Positions 41,226 to 58,069 of a DNA stretch of 64,000 nucleotides are shown here, one piece after another (position 1 is the stretch's first letter; the number at the start of each line of letters is the position of its first letter). The stretch is from NCBI RefSeq assembly GCF_009914755.1, contig NC_060932.1; one strand, written 5' to 3'. Source of the stretch: the human T2T-CHM13v2.0 reference genome, Homo sapiens. A program made the position numbers and the translations under genes. The notes beneath the pieces were generated by a model, which saw only the letters and a program-made list of their open reading frames with translations, searched no databases and was not told where the DNA came from.

Positions 41226-43888
41226 TCATGGTTGCAAGTTTAATGATTTTCAGGCAAAGGGGATAAATTCTAGTGAGTTCATCCAGAGCCTGCGGTAGGT
41301 TCCCATCCTGGCTATTGGGGATATGTCACAGGACATTCTTGTAAGCATCTTACATGTGTTAATTCACTAAATTTCTAACACAGTGTCAAATAGAATCACT
41401 TGCATTTTCCGAAGATCACACTGAATTTCAGAAACAGTAAGTTTCTTGCCCAAAGTTATTTACCAATAAGTGGAAGAACTGTACATCAAATATATAGAGC
41501 ATAACTTAAGACCTGAGATTTTGGTATGTTTAATACCAAGATGCTGCAATCCACAAAACCCTGAAAGCTGGGGATGAATTGGCCGGGGGGATAGTCAGAT
41601 GACAAAGCCCAGATTCTCTGGGATGATTTGCATTGGCCAACTCTTCTCAGATGCCGTCCTGGTAGACCAGGTGTGCCAGCGTAAATTCGGCTTAAATAGT
41701 CACCTATTGCATTAACTGTCATCTTAGAAACCATGTATTTTATCAGGAAGAGAAACTAAGACTGGTAATGAATAATCCACATGTCTGCTTCCTGTTCATC
41801 TCCCTCCAGGGATGCACAGGGCTCATTCTGGACAGCTCCCTTCTAGGGGGAGGTGTTGTGGCTTCTAAAAAACTGACAGATGTCACTGATGCTGAAGACC
41901 AAAACAGAGCTACCACAATGTGCGGCCCCTCCGTACTCAGAATATCAGGTCATCTCAGATGGGCAGGACTTGGTATCTCAATCAAAAATCTGAATCTTGT
42001 TTGTTTTCTGAGTCATTTGTGTCTCAAATGTTTTTGATTTATTTTTTGAGATGTTTGTTCTGAATATATTTACATGAAGACTCTTACAAAGCTGTACAGA
42101 ATAAATTTCCGTATGAAAAATTATTTGTACTTCAGACAAAAATAATTTCCGATAATGAAATTCAAAATATTGGCTGCATCTGTGGGATATTGACTAGGGA
42201 TAGGCACAAAGGAGCCTGTTGAGCTGTAGGAAATAATGCACATCTTGCTGTGGGTGGTGTGAAAATCCCCTGAACTGGAGGTGCATTTAGGAGTTTTGCA
42301 CATTGTAACTTTCCTATATGTATGCTATAATTTGATGAAGTAAAAACAAATTTTGGATAAAATTACTGTTGTTTTATTTTTCTTAAGGTTATAGAAAAGG
42401 ATCTTATTACAAGGATCTATTTTTTTCAGTTATAAAAAAGGATCTTATTACAAGCAATAACCTCATTCTCTCATTCTGCTTCATGTCTGCTAAATACCCA
42501 TTTATGTATTAAAAAGAACAGTAAAACTAATTTTCTAATATTTAGTGAAAAGGAATTTTTATTTTCCCTTAAATACATTGTTTAGAACAACACTAATTGC
42601 CAGCCTTTCTTTCGGAAATGCATTTTCCGTCTCTACTGAGATGTGCCAATATCATAAATTACCATTAACTAGTGAGTTGATCCAGAGCGTGGGGTAGGTT
42701 CACATCCCCGCCCCTGGCATTGCTTGAAATCCAGCTTTTAGCAATTGATCATTGAATCTTAGAAACGAGTAGAGAGAGGTAAAGAAGAGGAAAAGTGAAA
42801 TGTGTTTGAGGTGTGGGAAGGAGGCGGGGGGCGGGAAAGAAGAGAATTAAGTGGAGGGATTGAGTTCAAATTTGGGTGGAGAGAGAGAGGAAAGGGGAAT
42901 TACTGAATCTCTATTTTTATATTGGTAAATATTTCTCATTAAGGTAATACTCTATAATTATTGACCAGAAAATATTACAGTCTCTTCAGAGCCTTTCACT
43001 TCCTGTTTATTTGCATCATTTCTCTATCAAGGTAAATAACTAACACAACCCGGAAGAAATGCATTTGGGTCAAACCATATCAACTTGCTGTCATTCAACC
43101 TACTTTGTCCTACGAAAATGGCAATTTAATATGATTCAGCCAAATACAAAACACTTCTCTTTTTTTGTCGTCTTTTGTTGTTGTTACTTTCAAATACTTT
43201 CAGGCATTTCAGAGCCACCTTCCTCTTCATATGATGAATGCTTCCTCTACCCTGGTGTGTTTGGTATCCTGAGCCTTTACTCAAATCGTTACTGTTAGTT
43301 AGCAAATTCAAACTGACTGCTCTGACCCACACTCCAAGTCTGCATTCCTCAAATTTCCCATTTGCTTTTATTCTGCCATTTGTTTTTCTACTTACCAGCC
43401 GTAAACTGCAAAGGAGACCTATTCCCGTAACCTCACATCTTAACTATAGTGAATACACATCCAATCTCTGGAAGGGAAACTTAATACCAGCAAATGTTTT
43501 TGTTTGTTCGTTTTTCCTCCAGTTTTCTTTAGAATTCTATGATACTCAAGCGATATGCTTCTCTTTGCCATGTTGCAACTTCAGTCGACTTTCCTGCCGT
43601 AAGCCTTTGTCTGCTAATGTTACTTCAGCTCTTCAGAATTAATAAATACCATATCAATTGCTCTCTTTTAGAGTTTGGAAGCCACTTCTTGATAATATTT
43701 CTGCTAGAATAAAACTTTTCTAAACCACCGACAAGACAGCCAATCACCACCATGGTCTGTCCCTCTCTTCTAATTGTTGCTTCTCTCTTGTACATCCACT
43801 TAACTTTTTATTAAATGGGAAGTCAATTAATAGGGATTGTGCAATAATTTTTCTACATCATCTTGCTGGGTTGAATAAGCTTCCGTCA

Positions 43889-44257
<369 letters not shown>

Positions 44258-44317
44258 TCATTAGCAATCCTAAAAATCTCAAGAAAAGATTATAAAAATT
44301 CTGCTCACACCTGTATC

Positions 44318-44470
44318 CTATCTGAGCCTCAGTCTCTTCATCTGTTGTATGACAGTACAAATATTTTTATTCCTGCCTGAACCTCAAGGTGATTGTGAAG
44401 GTCAAATTAAATAATGCAGGTAACAGTACTTTGAAAACCATGAGTTAGTACAAATGTAATGTATTATTAT
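44318..44470 (+). mobile_element. MIR
   Basis: TCTGAGCCTCAGTCTCTTCATCTGT...GATTGTGAAGGTCAAATTAAATAATGCA. Confidence 0.7.
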
Positions 44471-46918
44471 AGTCCAAAGGTGGCTTTTGTGTTCAAAATA
44501 TATAATTTATTTATAAGCTATAATCTTATGTCCAGTTCTCCTTCTTAGCTTAAAAACTAGCAGATTAGACCTTACCAAAGTTACAGTAATTACATTCACA
44601 AGTGGAAAGACTTTTGCCTGATATTCAATTTCTGCCACTGGGCCCATTTACCCATCACTCATGCTAAACCTCCTCTGAATTTTAGAATCATTTTTAAAAG
44701 CCATAAAAAGCTCTTGTACAAATCACGTAAAACTGTTGTTCTGACAACATAAATGTGCCATGCATCAAAAAACACATTAAAATTATCCAACCGGCTATGA
44801 AAATGCATCCAACAGAGGAAGCTTTATTTGTTTGATAAGGACCCCTACAGAAGGCAAAAGTGTGGTGTCAACTCACCCTCGCAGAGGTGAGCACCTCCCA
44901 GCACACCAATGCTAATGAGGCTGGAAACTTTTCATAATGACAAGAACCAAGAAGCCAAGGTCCAGGCTACAACTAGGGCACTGCAGAGAGGGGGAGAGCA
45001 GAGATAATGTTTGTAAACTCATCAACTTGCATCTGTGCCATTGGATGTAGATTTTAATTTTAAGAAAACAGTCACCTTTTGGGCTATACTTTGATTATTT
45101 CATGATGGTTTTCTTTATTCTTGATTTCCAAATAAAAGCACTTCAATTTTGGCCTAGTCTAATGTTTTACAGGTTTTTTTCCCCCAACTGAAGCCATCGT
45201 GACAAAATGGTCATTATACAAACCTCTTAATTTGTTATGCATATCTAATCCTACCCACAATAGGCTTTTTCACATATATGCATGATACTTTTCCATATGT
45301 AAGTCTACTCAGATAGCTAAATGAGAAAGTATTTAATTTCACCACAAAACCCAGATCAAGAAAATGTGTCTCCAACATCACTCTGCTTTTCCTACTTTTA
45401 GAGCTTGTTGCAAAAACTTGTCTCAATTGCAAATTAGAAAACAACTTTTTAAAAAATAGGCATAATGTATTCCTAAATAATTTGAAGAACTTTAAATACT
45501 TTATGTTGTAGTGTATTTGCATTGATGAGCAATGTGTACAAACATATCAGCAACAGAAAATATTGGAAGTATTTCTGTGTATAGTATCAATTTGCTGATT
45601 AAAATTCTATTTGGTCTCGTTGAACCCGGTACCTCCCCTAGCATAACTTTTGCTATACTCTAATCAAATTGTCCCGGCATAGTAACCTCTATAGCACCTA
45701 ACACAAAGTATGAGAAAATCATTAACACATGAAGACCCTGGAGTGTTAGATATGTATTACATATTTAATGATTTATTAAACGTATGAAGAAGTCACACCC
45801 AATATGAGTCTCTCCTGTTAGTTTCCCAAGTCTCTTTTCTCTTGATGGTTATTAGAAAGATTTTGCTAGTGTGTTTTCAAAATTCCTTCTCATAACCTGG
45901 TGTAGCTGACATGGTCATTGCAGTGTTATAACTGAACGTTCTACAAAATGTTTCAGGAAAATCATGACTGCAAGTGTTCTGTTGCTATTTCCTTTCCTCC
46001 AGTGTAACTGAAGTGCCTGGCATACGTTATATGAAACATCAATTCTAATACACTGGCATTTTACCTTGGGAAAGCACTTGAGTGTATGGGTTCTGACTTG
46101 AGTGTATGGTTTTCTAAACCACCGACAAGACAGCCATTCACCACCATGGTCTGTCCCTCTCTTCTAATTGTTGCTTCTGTCTTATACATCCACTTAACTT
46201 TTTATTAAATGGGAACTCAATTAATTATGTTGGAGCCCAAGTAGTCAGAAAGTGACTGAGAAGGTGGGGAGAAAGAAGGTTTCAAAAGCCTCAAGAGCTT
46301 CCACTGTCATATACATGACTTTGAGATGATGGTGTACATATGAGGGAGTTTTGAAAAAGTCCTGCCATGATGGTTTGGAGACCCACCTCCACCATCACCT
46401 GCAATGTATCAGAATTTAATCCCAGCCCATGACCACTCCAAGAACATACGAGTAATCTCTTACCCTTTCAGTGGAAAGAAAGAAGAGTGTCTTCTCATCT
46501 GACCATGTTACAAGGAAAGAGACACAGCAGGCACACTCTGGGATGAAGGAAGCAACTACTCAGAAGAGCCAAGGGCTCTGCATCGGAACTCATGGGTCAG
46601 TCACTGCCGATTGAAACAGAGCACAGCATCTGCTCAGGCAGCAGCGGCCTCCTGGCTTGCAAATGCACATCCCATAAACGGCAAAGGCGACACCAATATG
46701 CCTTTATCAAGGAAGAACAAAAGAAAGGAGGGCATATTCAAGGTACTTGTGAGATTTAAGAAACTTTCTTTTGGAGAATTTTTTTGCAAGACACTCTAAG
46801 CTATTGCCAATAATGCACCCATATTCCTTTTCTCTTGGATGTTGGCTCTGGGCTCCACATTATAGGAAATCTATTGAAAGTATGCTCTATACTTTTGACT
46901 AGTGTTTTACTCTGAATG

Positions 46919-47012
46919 TAGGGTGACTGCCATACCTGGTTTTTCCAGTACTGTCCTGGTTTTAGCATAAAAAACAAACAAATAAACATTTTCTGGGAAA
47001 CCATTCCCTGGG
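46919..47012. mobile_element. MER81-like hAT DNA transposon fragment
   Basis: TAGGGTGAC...CCTGGTTTTTCCAGTACTGTCCTGGTTTTAGCA matches the remembered MER81 terminus. Confidence 0.55.
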
Positions 47013-47024
47013 ATAAAGATAAAT

Positions 47025-47420
47025 ATTACACATTCTCATTTATATGTGGAAGCTAAAGAAAAATGAGGCAATGAGGTCATAGGAGTAGACGATAGAACTA
47101 TGGTGTTTAGAGGTTGGGAAGGCTAGGGGGCTGGGGAGAAGAGGGAGATGTTGGTGAACAGATACAAAGTTATAGCTAGATAGGATAAATAAGCTCCAGT
47201 CTTCTGCAGCACTATATGATAAATATGTTTAATCATAAATGTGTATTTTCAAAAAGAAAAACAGAGGTTGAATGTTTACAACACAAATGATAAATATTCA
47301 ATGTGAAGGATACGCCAGTTACCCTTATTTGATCATTATGCGTTGTATACATGGATCAAAATATCACTCTGTATCCCAGAAATTTGTACACTTATGTATC
47401 AACTAAAAAGGAAAAAAATA
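47025..47420 (+). mobile_element. L1MA 3'UTR fragment
   Basis: CATTCTCATTTATATGTGGAAGCTAAA...TAGCTAGATAGGA...AAAATATCACTCTGTATCCC + A tail. Confidence 0.85.
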
Positions 47421-48787
47421 CATAGTTTGAAATGATCTTTTTGGTATCCAAGCAGACAGTGAACCTGTAGATAATTGGTGTCTTGTTCACCTAGAAACTA
47501 AACTTCGCTCTTCTATGTGCATATTCAGCAGACAGTGCAAGGGTAAATTTGGCAAATTCCATTAAGTCTATAAACTGCTTACCCATACAAATAAAACAGT
47601 GCTACCTGTTCCATAGCCTGCACGTATTTTTGTGTAAAATGATTTGCGTACCTGTGGTGGTGTTTTATAAGGAAACATTTTGGTCACATTTCAGTGTCCC
47701 CAAAATACATAGTATGACTTAACTAGATTTTTTAGCTTAAAGAAATGAAAGAAGATAACTCTCCTATACATGTGCCTAGAAGCTGGTTATCAATGTTGCT
47801 GGCCATAGAAAGATGTTAAAGATACCTGCCATAGAATCATCTATTCAAAGTGCAGGGAAAAATAATATTTTTCTCCAATTTAATAATACATTGAAGATGA
47901 TAGAAAAAGAAATGAAAGAAAATGAGAAATGTATATGCTGTTTTTCCAAAACTGTTTAATGATCTTGGAAAATACCGTAAGTTGTCTAGGAAAGGATGAA
48001 GTCACTCCCCCAGGGTGGTTCAATGCCATCTGTAGGTTGCAACAAAAACTCATCCAATGAAAAAGTTATTTTTGGCAGAAATAAGACTGCATCAGAACTC
48101 AAAAATACTTACAAGTAAAGGACAGCCAAATTAAACAGGAAATTCTAGTTTTTTAAACAAAAATTTTTGGAAACCAACTTCATTTTCATTAATACAGATT
48201 AAATCTGTGCTTTAAAACCATTTCCCAGAGAAAGAGGGGTTTTATTTTGATGACATCCAATATGCTTTGAAGTGTTTACAAATAATGGATGTTTTAAATT
48301 TGGACAGTCTTTATGATGGATTTACAGATGTAGATTCTGAATGACAAACAGCCGTTCCACCAAAACCAGCCTGTAGATACAAAGGGAATAAACATTTTTG
48401 TAGAGCTGGAAAATAATTCCTCCAAGTCAAAAATCTGCTGTTCCTACAAATAAATGCCTACATGTTCCAGAAGTTAAAATTGTTTTGTTGGGAAGATACT
48501 TAGCTTGATTTTGCTATATTGGACCAACACCAAGAATCACTATAATGTGGACTTGGTAAGAGCAAAGCTGCAAGTCAAGCTTTCATTTACCTTTGTCTGT
48601 ATTTACTTTGACTTTTACATAAAGGAAAAGGAGGATACCCTAAGTTATGTCAAAAGGAAACAAAAACAGTAAACTTTCTACCAGATGATGGAACAGAAAT
48701 CAATGTCATTGTTACGTTGTTAATAAGTGCATAAATATTCAGTTACTTTTATTTATACTCTCCACTTAAAAATACATACATTTTTGG

Positions 48788-51350
<2,563 letters not shown>

Positions 51351-54300
51351 AGTGTATTTATTAATTTTAAGAACGTACAATAGTATGGCTTACAGATTTT
51401 AAATATTAAGGAGTTTGAAGTTAAAACATTGCTTTTTTGGAGGACAGAAATATAAAACACTGCTATATTTCCTCATACATAATTAAGTTATCCTATTAGT
51501 AATTATTACTAATTACCACCACCATACCACTTTGTTTAAATATTTATGTAAAAAAGTCAATATAGGATGATTTCAATTTTTTATGTTCACATATAGCAAA
51601 TGTGTATAATTATATAATTATATATTTTTCATATATTGTATTATTTATGCATTTATTTGCTTATTTCTTGTTATATATCAGATTTTCTGTGTGCCGAGTT
51701 GGTGTAATTTTCCTCTGAAGATTTCTCTTCTGGGTGTGTGGTGTAACTCCTTAAAAAGGTCAAATTGTGTGTCTGGCATGGTTAAATCATCTCTTTAGAA
51801 TCGGAGTACTCACCAAAACCACTCAAGTAGCAAGTTGTGTTTGTAGGTTCTCAAAAGATATTCTTATTTTTCTGTGCCCAGATTCAAGGTCAAGACAGGC
51901 ACACTGCCATCATGCCTCTTTTTTCTTCATTCTTCCTCAGAGAAGTTTTCAACCCTCACTGCCTGGAAATTTCAACTTATCACTGCCAGAAGTCTGCACC
52001 AAGGGAATTAAATCTAAACCTCTGATGAGTCCTGTTTGTTTGAGTTTTTGAAATGTTCCTCAGTGTATTCTAATATGCTTATCAAGTTGCAAACTATTGG
52101 ACATTACAAAGTCAAGATGTTCAATAAGTTAAGAGTTTAAAACAGCAATTTATTTAGAATTGCTTGCTGGTGATGAATTTTGGGTAGTGCAGACTTTGTA
52201 TAATTCTGATTTTGTTTTATAATTTTTATAGTAGTCTTGGTAGTATGTAAGTACATAAAAGGGGGTCGTATGTTTCACTATTGTGCTTTTCCCAATGAAA
52301 GACAGAAAACAGCTTTCTAAAGCTTAATTTTACTAAATATATTTTTTAAAAACCTGAGCCAGAAATAAGCTAAATTCCATTTCAAGACTTGTCTTATCAA
52401 GTTTTTTTTACACTTGGATTTAGACAGTTTAAATTTGTATCTTCTCTTTATGTTCATGATAGAAGTGTTTACTTTGGCAGACCGCTCATTAATTTGCAAA
52501 GTATGTTATCTATACAATAGCATTTTATCCTCATACTAAACACCTTCTCAGAAGGAAAATATTTTGATTTTACAGGAAACTAAGATTCAGTGCAGTGTTG
52601 TGATATGAGTGACATGAGTAACGTGGTTTGTATTTAAAATTCAAATGTACACATGTGGCTTTGTTCATCATTTAGAACTAGTTTCACCTTACTCTATATA
52701 AATTTGTGGTGCCATTTAAAATGATCCTTATCAGACTAACTCAGCTTCTTTTGAGAAATGCTCATTCTGTCAACGTGCTGTCTTTCATTGTCTGCCTGAA
52801 CAAGTTCACGTGTAAATGTAGATGACGGCATGAGACAGGGTAAAAGTAAACTCATGGGCACTCCCCAGATGGGTGAGTGGGGGTTTCTGAGTCTAACGGC
52901 TCTCAGTGTGCTCACCTCTCATATCGAGCATGCTGAGAGAATTTAATTTATTTGCACCTTCTTGGGTTACACTTACTGTACCTGCAGTTTCTCTTGGTGT
53001 CTTCAGGCTCCCTCCCCTCTGCTCCTCTCCTTGCCAGGGCCAGAAGGGCATCCATGCTCCATCTTTGCTCAGGGACCCATCACTTCCCTTTATCCTTTCT
53101 GGGGTATTATTTGAAAACTACTCTTCAATCTTCGATATTTTCACATGATATGTAAAGAAAAACATTTAGGATCCAGAAAATCATTTGAGGTCAACCAACT
53201 GTGGCTTTAGATTTCTCTTTAGAGAGACTGGCAGCTAAGTTTAGGATTTTTTTTTTTTTTTTTTTGGTAATAGACATGTCTGAGTCAAAGCACACCACTG
53301 ATCCTTTGCTGGGAACCCATGTTGGCTCCTGATTTAAAATGAAAACTTTAAAGGTTTAGTTTTAAAATCTTTAAAATATCATAGCATTCTACTTTTTCAA
53401 AAGATAATTAGTAAATGGCAAAACCTTAAAAATATCTACCCCGCATCTAAAACTTCTGACATTTTCCCTTATATCACACATTTTGTTTCCTTTTATATAT
53501 TATGTCAGTGTATAAAAAGCATCACAGATCATCACAAATTCTATCTTTCTAAACCATGTACACACACAAATGGAAATGGGGTGTTTAACACATACCTCTC
53601 AGAAGGATAAGAAATTTCCCTTTATTTATTTTCTTTAACTGTAAAAAGCTAGACAAGAATTGTGATCATTACATGTTAGGTGAATCTGATGTAGACAAAA
53701 ACTCTGTTTCTTATAATCTGTTTTAAAATATTCCTAAATTATGTCTGTAATTAACTGTTACACCTGTAGAATCCATCTGGCAGCATCCCTGGATGATGGG
53801 TTAGAGGGTACTCAACTGTCACCTGCTTCTCATACAGAATCATGAGCTGAGTGTTTCCACTGCATATGCAATGTCATGAATACTTGTACGTCAACTTCAA
53901 ATGCCAGGTGTTTCTCTGATATAAAATTTTTGTTAGCAGCCAGTTTAGCCATCATCCAAATTGATTCCAGGGAAAGAAAAATGCACTTAACTCCGCTCTG
54001 CTAAGAAAATTTTACTTTGATTTTATATAGTTTTTTTTTAGGTATGAATAAAAACAAAAAATATATACCTTTTGGGAAGGACATATTTAAATAATAGCAT
54101 CTTCCTGACATGGTTCCAAATTGCCATTAGATAACATCAAGGCTAACAGATTGGACACAGAGAGAAAAAGAAGTGTATGGTTAGTTTTTGAGGAAGGAAT
54201 TGTGCTCTTTAGGAGATGACACCTTTCCCTGATGAATGAAAGCTAATTATGCATTTGGTAGTCAAACATTGACTGATTGTGTTGGTCACTTCAATAATAT

Positions 54301-54351
54301 GCCTCAAAAATAACGGCTATTTTTGGTATTCCTACAATGAAATCCATGATC

Positions 54352-54646
54352 TTTTTTGTTTGTTTGTTTTTGAGACATGGTTTCACTCTTGTTGCCCAGG
54401 CTAGAGTCCAATGTCATGCCCTCGGCTCACTGCAACCTCCATTTCCCAAGTACAAGCGATTCTCTTGCCTCCCAAGTAGCTAGGATTACAGGCATGCACC
54501 ACCATGCCCAGCTAATTTTGTATTTTTAGTAGAGATGGGGTTTCGCCATGTTGGCCAGGCTGGTTTCAAACTCCCGACCTCAGTTGATCCACACGCCTCG
54601 GCCTCTCAAAGTGCTGGGATTACAAGTGTGAGTCACCGTGCCCGGC
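54352..54646 (-). mobile_element. AluS (Sq/Sp-like)
   Basis: TTTCACTCTTGTTGCCCAGG...GTGCCCGGC; flanked by TCCATG. Confidence 0.95.
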
Positions 54647-54739
54647 TCCATGCTAATGTTTTGTATGCACTGCTTTAGACTGATGGGGATGGTTGGAAAC
54701 TTGAAAGAATGTATTAATTTACATATGTTATTTATAACC

Positions 54740-55206
54740 TGTGGGGGTCTGTCCTGCAGACCCCAATTGCACGACGGATGAGATACGTACTCAGACACCG
54801 ATACTCAGTGAAAAGAGTGGCTCGGGGGCTGCTGGTACTAGGGCCCGAAGAGAGTTTGCATCTCTCCAAGCTGGCAATGCTCACATTTATTTTGTACAGA
54901 TTTAATTGACAAAGGCTTTGAGTCAACATACCTGTGGGTAATTAACCTGGTCGCCCGCCCCCGGATAGAGCCATCCTGCCCACGAATGATCAAAGGTTGA
55001 TTTTAGGACCACATCAGTATACAAGCTATTTAGATTAACTACATTTCTTTTTATCTGCACCCTAAGCTCTTTGGCTCTTGAGAAGAGACTGGTTGCCTTC
55101 AGCCAAACTATCTGACGCTATGCAAACCTCCCTCCCTGGCCTTCCGAGAAGGTTTGCTCCTTTCTACTCCTGTAATTTCTTCTGCCACTCTGCCTGATCT
55201 TCCACA
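54740..55206 (-). mobile_element. Solo LTR22 (HML-5), different subtype from the proviral LTRs
   Basis: Shares GTACTCAGACAC, GGTAATTAAC, ATGATCAAAGGTT and GCTATGCA blocks with LTR22; TG..CA ends; flanks ATAACC/ATAATC. Confidence 0.85.
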
Positions 55207-56541
55207 ATAATCCCTTTTGCATTTATTTCTGAAATGTTTAAGACAGTAGATGACAGGTAAAGAACAAAGGTTTATGTGTGAAAAACATGTAAATAAGATT
55301 TTTATTTAAATTTTATTTACTTTTTTCAATTAATTATACATTCACATGGTTCAAGACTTCTACGACTAAAAGTCTTCCTTCCACTATTAATTCCCATCCA
55401 CAAAATTCCTTTCCTGAAGGCCACTAACATTAATTAGAGAGACATCTTACGCATGGACTACCAAGTTCACATATATACATTCATATTATACGGTACGTAA
55501 TTACACATATACTTCTATAATAAAGCATATACATAATTTTCCCCTGTTTACAAAAATTATAACACTTATCTGGATTCTTGCTTTTTTCAATGAGTAATTT
55601 TGGAGATGGTTTCGTTGGAATGTGAAAACCTTCCTCATTCTTCTCTATAGGAACATAGTATCTCCTTGGTTGGGTGTCTTCTCTTTATGCAGATTTTGAT
55701 TTTTCAATCATCTGCTTTTGAAAATAATGCTGCAAAAAAAAAAACCACGCACCCATGTGTTTTCTCCACACATTTTCAGTGATTGTTGCCTAGTTGGACA
55801 CTGTTTCGCACTGTCATCTATAAAATTAGCCTAATAATACCCACTTTGCAAGTTTTTTGTGAAGCTAAAACATAAAATGTCTAGAAAGTTTATGGTTATG
55901 AAATAATAAATAGTGCTTGTTATAATATATACTACGGAGAATATTTTAACAAATTTATTTTTATTTCCTGACATCTGAACACACCTAAGTCCTTATGAGA
56001 ATAATTAAAGCAGAAGTTGAGATTTTTAAGAACTTGAGTCTACTCTGGACTCCTGTATTGCTGAGCACTGCCCTGCAGAGTGGAAGCTTTATGTTTAAGG
56101 TGTGATCTTGCATCCAGGAAGCTCACTTTAAAATCGCTTATATTGCGTTATTAACTTCCAAGTTAACTTGATTCCTGACATTTTTTTTCCTGTTTTTGAG
56201 TCAATTAAAGATGTCCCTACTGCACATAAGATTCTCCGTATTTTGGAAATCAGTGTTTCTGAAGTTAGTCTTTGCTTTTCTGGAAATGAAGATAGCTAAA
56301 TAGGAAATAGCAATGGGAGCTTTTAAAATTAGAAATACCTAGAGAAGTTTGTAGTCATCCGCACAAGATCCTAGATATTAAATGACCTATTAAACTTCCG
56401 TTTTTATTTTCAATTTGAGTTAAGATGGTATAAAGTTAGTATTCACATCAAGAGATAACTTGCAGAGACAAATTAATTGGGAAAGAGTGCTAATACTAAC
56501 CAATATTTTTCAGACCTTCCTTAATGTTAATAACCCGCTAG

Positions 56542-57185
56542 TGTAAGAATAAATACAAATTTAAAAAATTAATTTCCCCAGTGCAAACAGCGCAATACTC
56601 CTCTAATGCCTCCTAGAATATTTTCTTCAGAAAGCTATAATTGCAAGTTCTTTCTCTGCCCATTTGAATTGCAAATTTGTAGAAGAGCCTCTTGCCTGTT
56701 TTATACCCCAGGAATGCCTTTGTCAAGGACCTGATTGCTTTTTATTTAAGAATAATTATCAAGAAAGACACAGTCCCTGTTCCCTAGTTTCTGTAGGAGA
56801 CTAACTTCTATAGGCACCTGGATCCAAGTTACAAAGCTACCTTCTGTTTTAAAAATAAAAGAAGTTTATTTTTTCTTTGGATAAAGCCAATTTTAGCTTC
56901 CACAGAAAGGTAACTTTTCCAGTTACCTGGAGAATCTAGGATGAACTTTGTGTGACAAAGTGTGCTATTAAATCCATCATTTATCATGAGAATATGTACT
57001 TAATATAATGAGTTTTGCTTAGCTGCATAAAAGCTGGATATTTCTTCCTGTCTTTACACTCTATTTTTGAACTACCTATGATGCACATCAAATTCTGGTT
57101 TAATATTTATTTAATAAGACTTTTTTTTTCTTTTTGCACTGAGTATTTTTGAGGTGGAAGATTTGTTTTTAATTATATTCCTTCC
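56542..57185 (+). mobile_element. Old ERV1-type solo LTR (MER34/MER89 class, uncertain)
   Basis: TGTAAGAATAAA start; CCAGGAATGCCTTTGTCAAGGACCTG and CACATCAAATTCTGGTTTAAT...AATAA blocks. Confidence 0.4.
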
Positions 57186-58069
57186 TGTTTTAGTAATTAG
57201 AAATATTAAGGATTAGTAAAAGGATTTTACCATTACTATTACATTTAAAACTTTGTTTTTTTTTCCAAATGAAAAGTCAATTCTTCAAGTTCATGTTTTT
57301 TCTAGTTTATTAATGCAAGAAAATTAATCCTGAAAATCATTGGGAGACAGTATATAATCGTTCCTTTTATTGTGAGTTAAAACTGAAAGCCATAAAATGG
57401 TTTCATGGTGTTTGATATTCCCTTAATCAATGAAGAGATTGAAGGGATTGGAGCTTAAGAAGTTCTATTTTGTGTGTGAAAGTTACATAATTTTCCTCAT
57501 GAAAACTTAAAAGCCCTAGATATGTAAGATAAATTACATTCACATTTTAAGACCTTTATTGGTAAATATTCCCCGATAGCCTCCAAATATTTACACCCAT
57601 TACAAGCTTGATACTTATTTATGAGTTCTCTTTTTCTAAAATTTCACCAAAGCTATATATTAATTTTTAAAAACATATCATTATTTTATTTATATATTTT
57701 ATTACCTGTTTAATTAACTCTTGTTTTTTTTGGATTGGGATATTTGTACTTGTGATACAATATTCTACTCTATATTAATGATTTTGATTTGTTAATATTT
57801 TATATGAAGATTTTGCACCTATGTTCTAGGACAGATTGGACTTCATTTTTTTTTTCATCCTTACGAATTTCTGATACCTAGGTTATGCCGTCCTCGATAG
57901 TAAGTCCTCTTTTATGATATTTGGAAGGAAGATCATAAACTTTGTGTTATTTCTTTCTTATGTGCATGGGAGAATTCACCCTTGACCTAGACTCTACCGG
58001 TAACAGTTTACTGTAGTCTTTCTATGATGTGCCTGTCTATAGAGCTGTTTTTACCCTCTGACTGCCCAT

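Noticed and set aside
41768-42037. 89-aa ORF with a good plus-strand acceptor (CTCCCTCCAG|G at 41810)
   Set aside because: No convincing donor, no recognisable protein, no partner exons
42389-42455. Near-tandem TTATA(G/A)AAAAGGATCTTATTACAAG duplication
   Set aside because: Ordinary short slippage-type duplication; two units only, not an array
43238-43642. 134-aa ORF in unique DNA
   Set aside because: Composition like random pyrimidine-rich sequence, no motif; cannot be supported as CDS
53792-53807. GATGATGGGTTAGAG shared with ~26428
   Set aside because: Only 15 bp and 27 kb apart; compatible with chance
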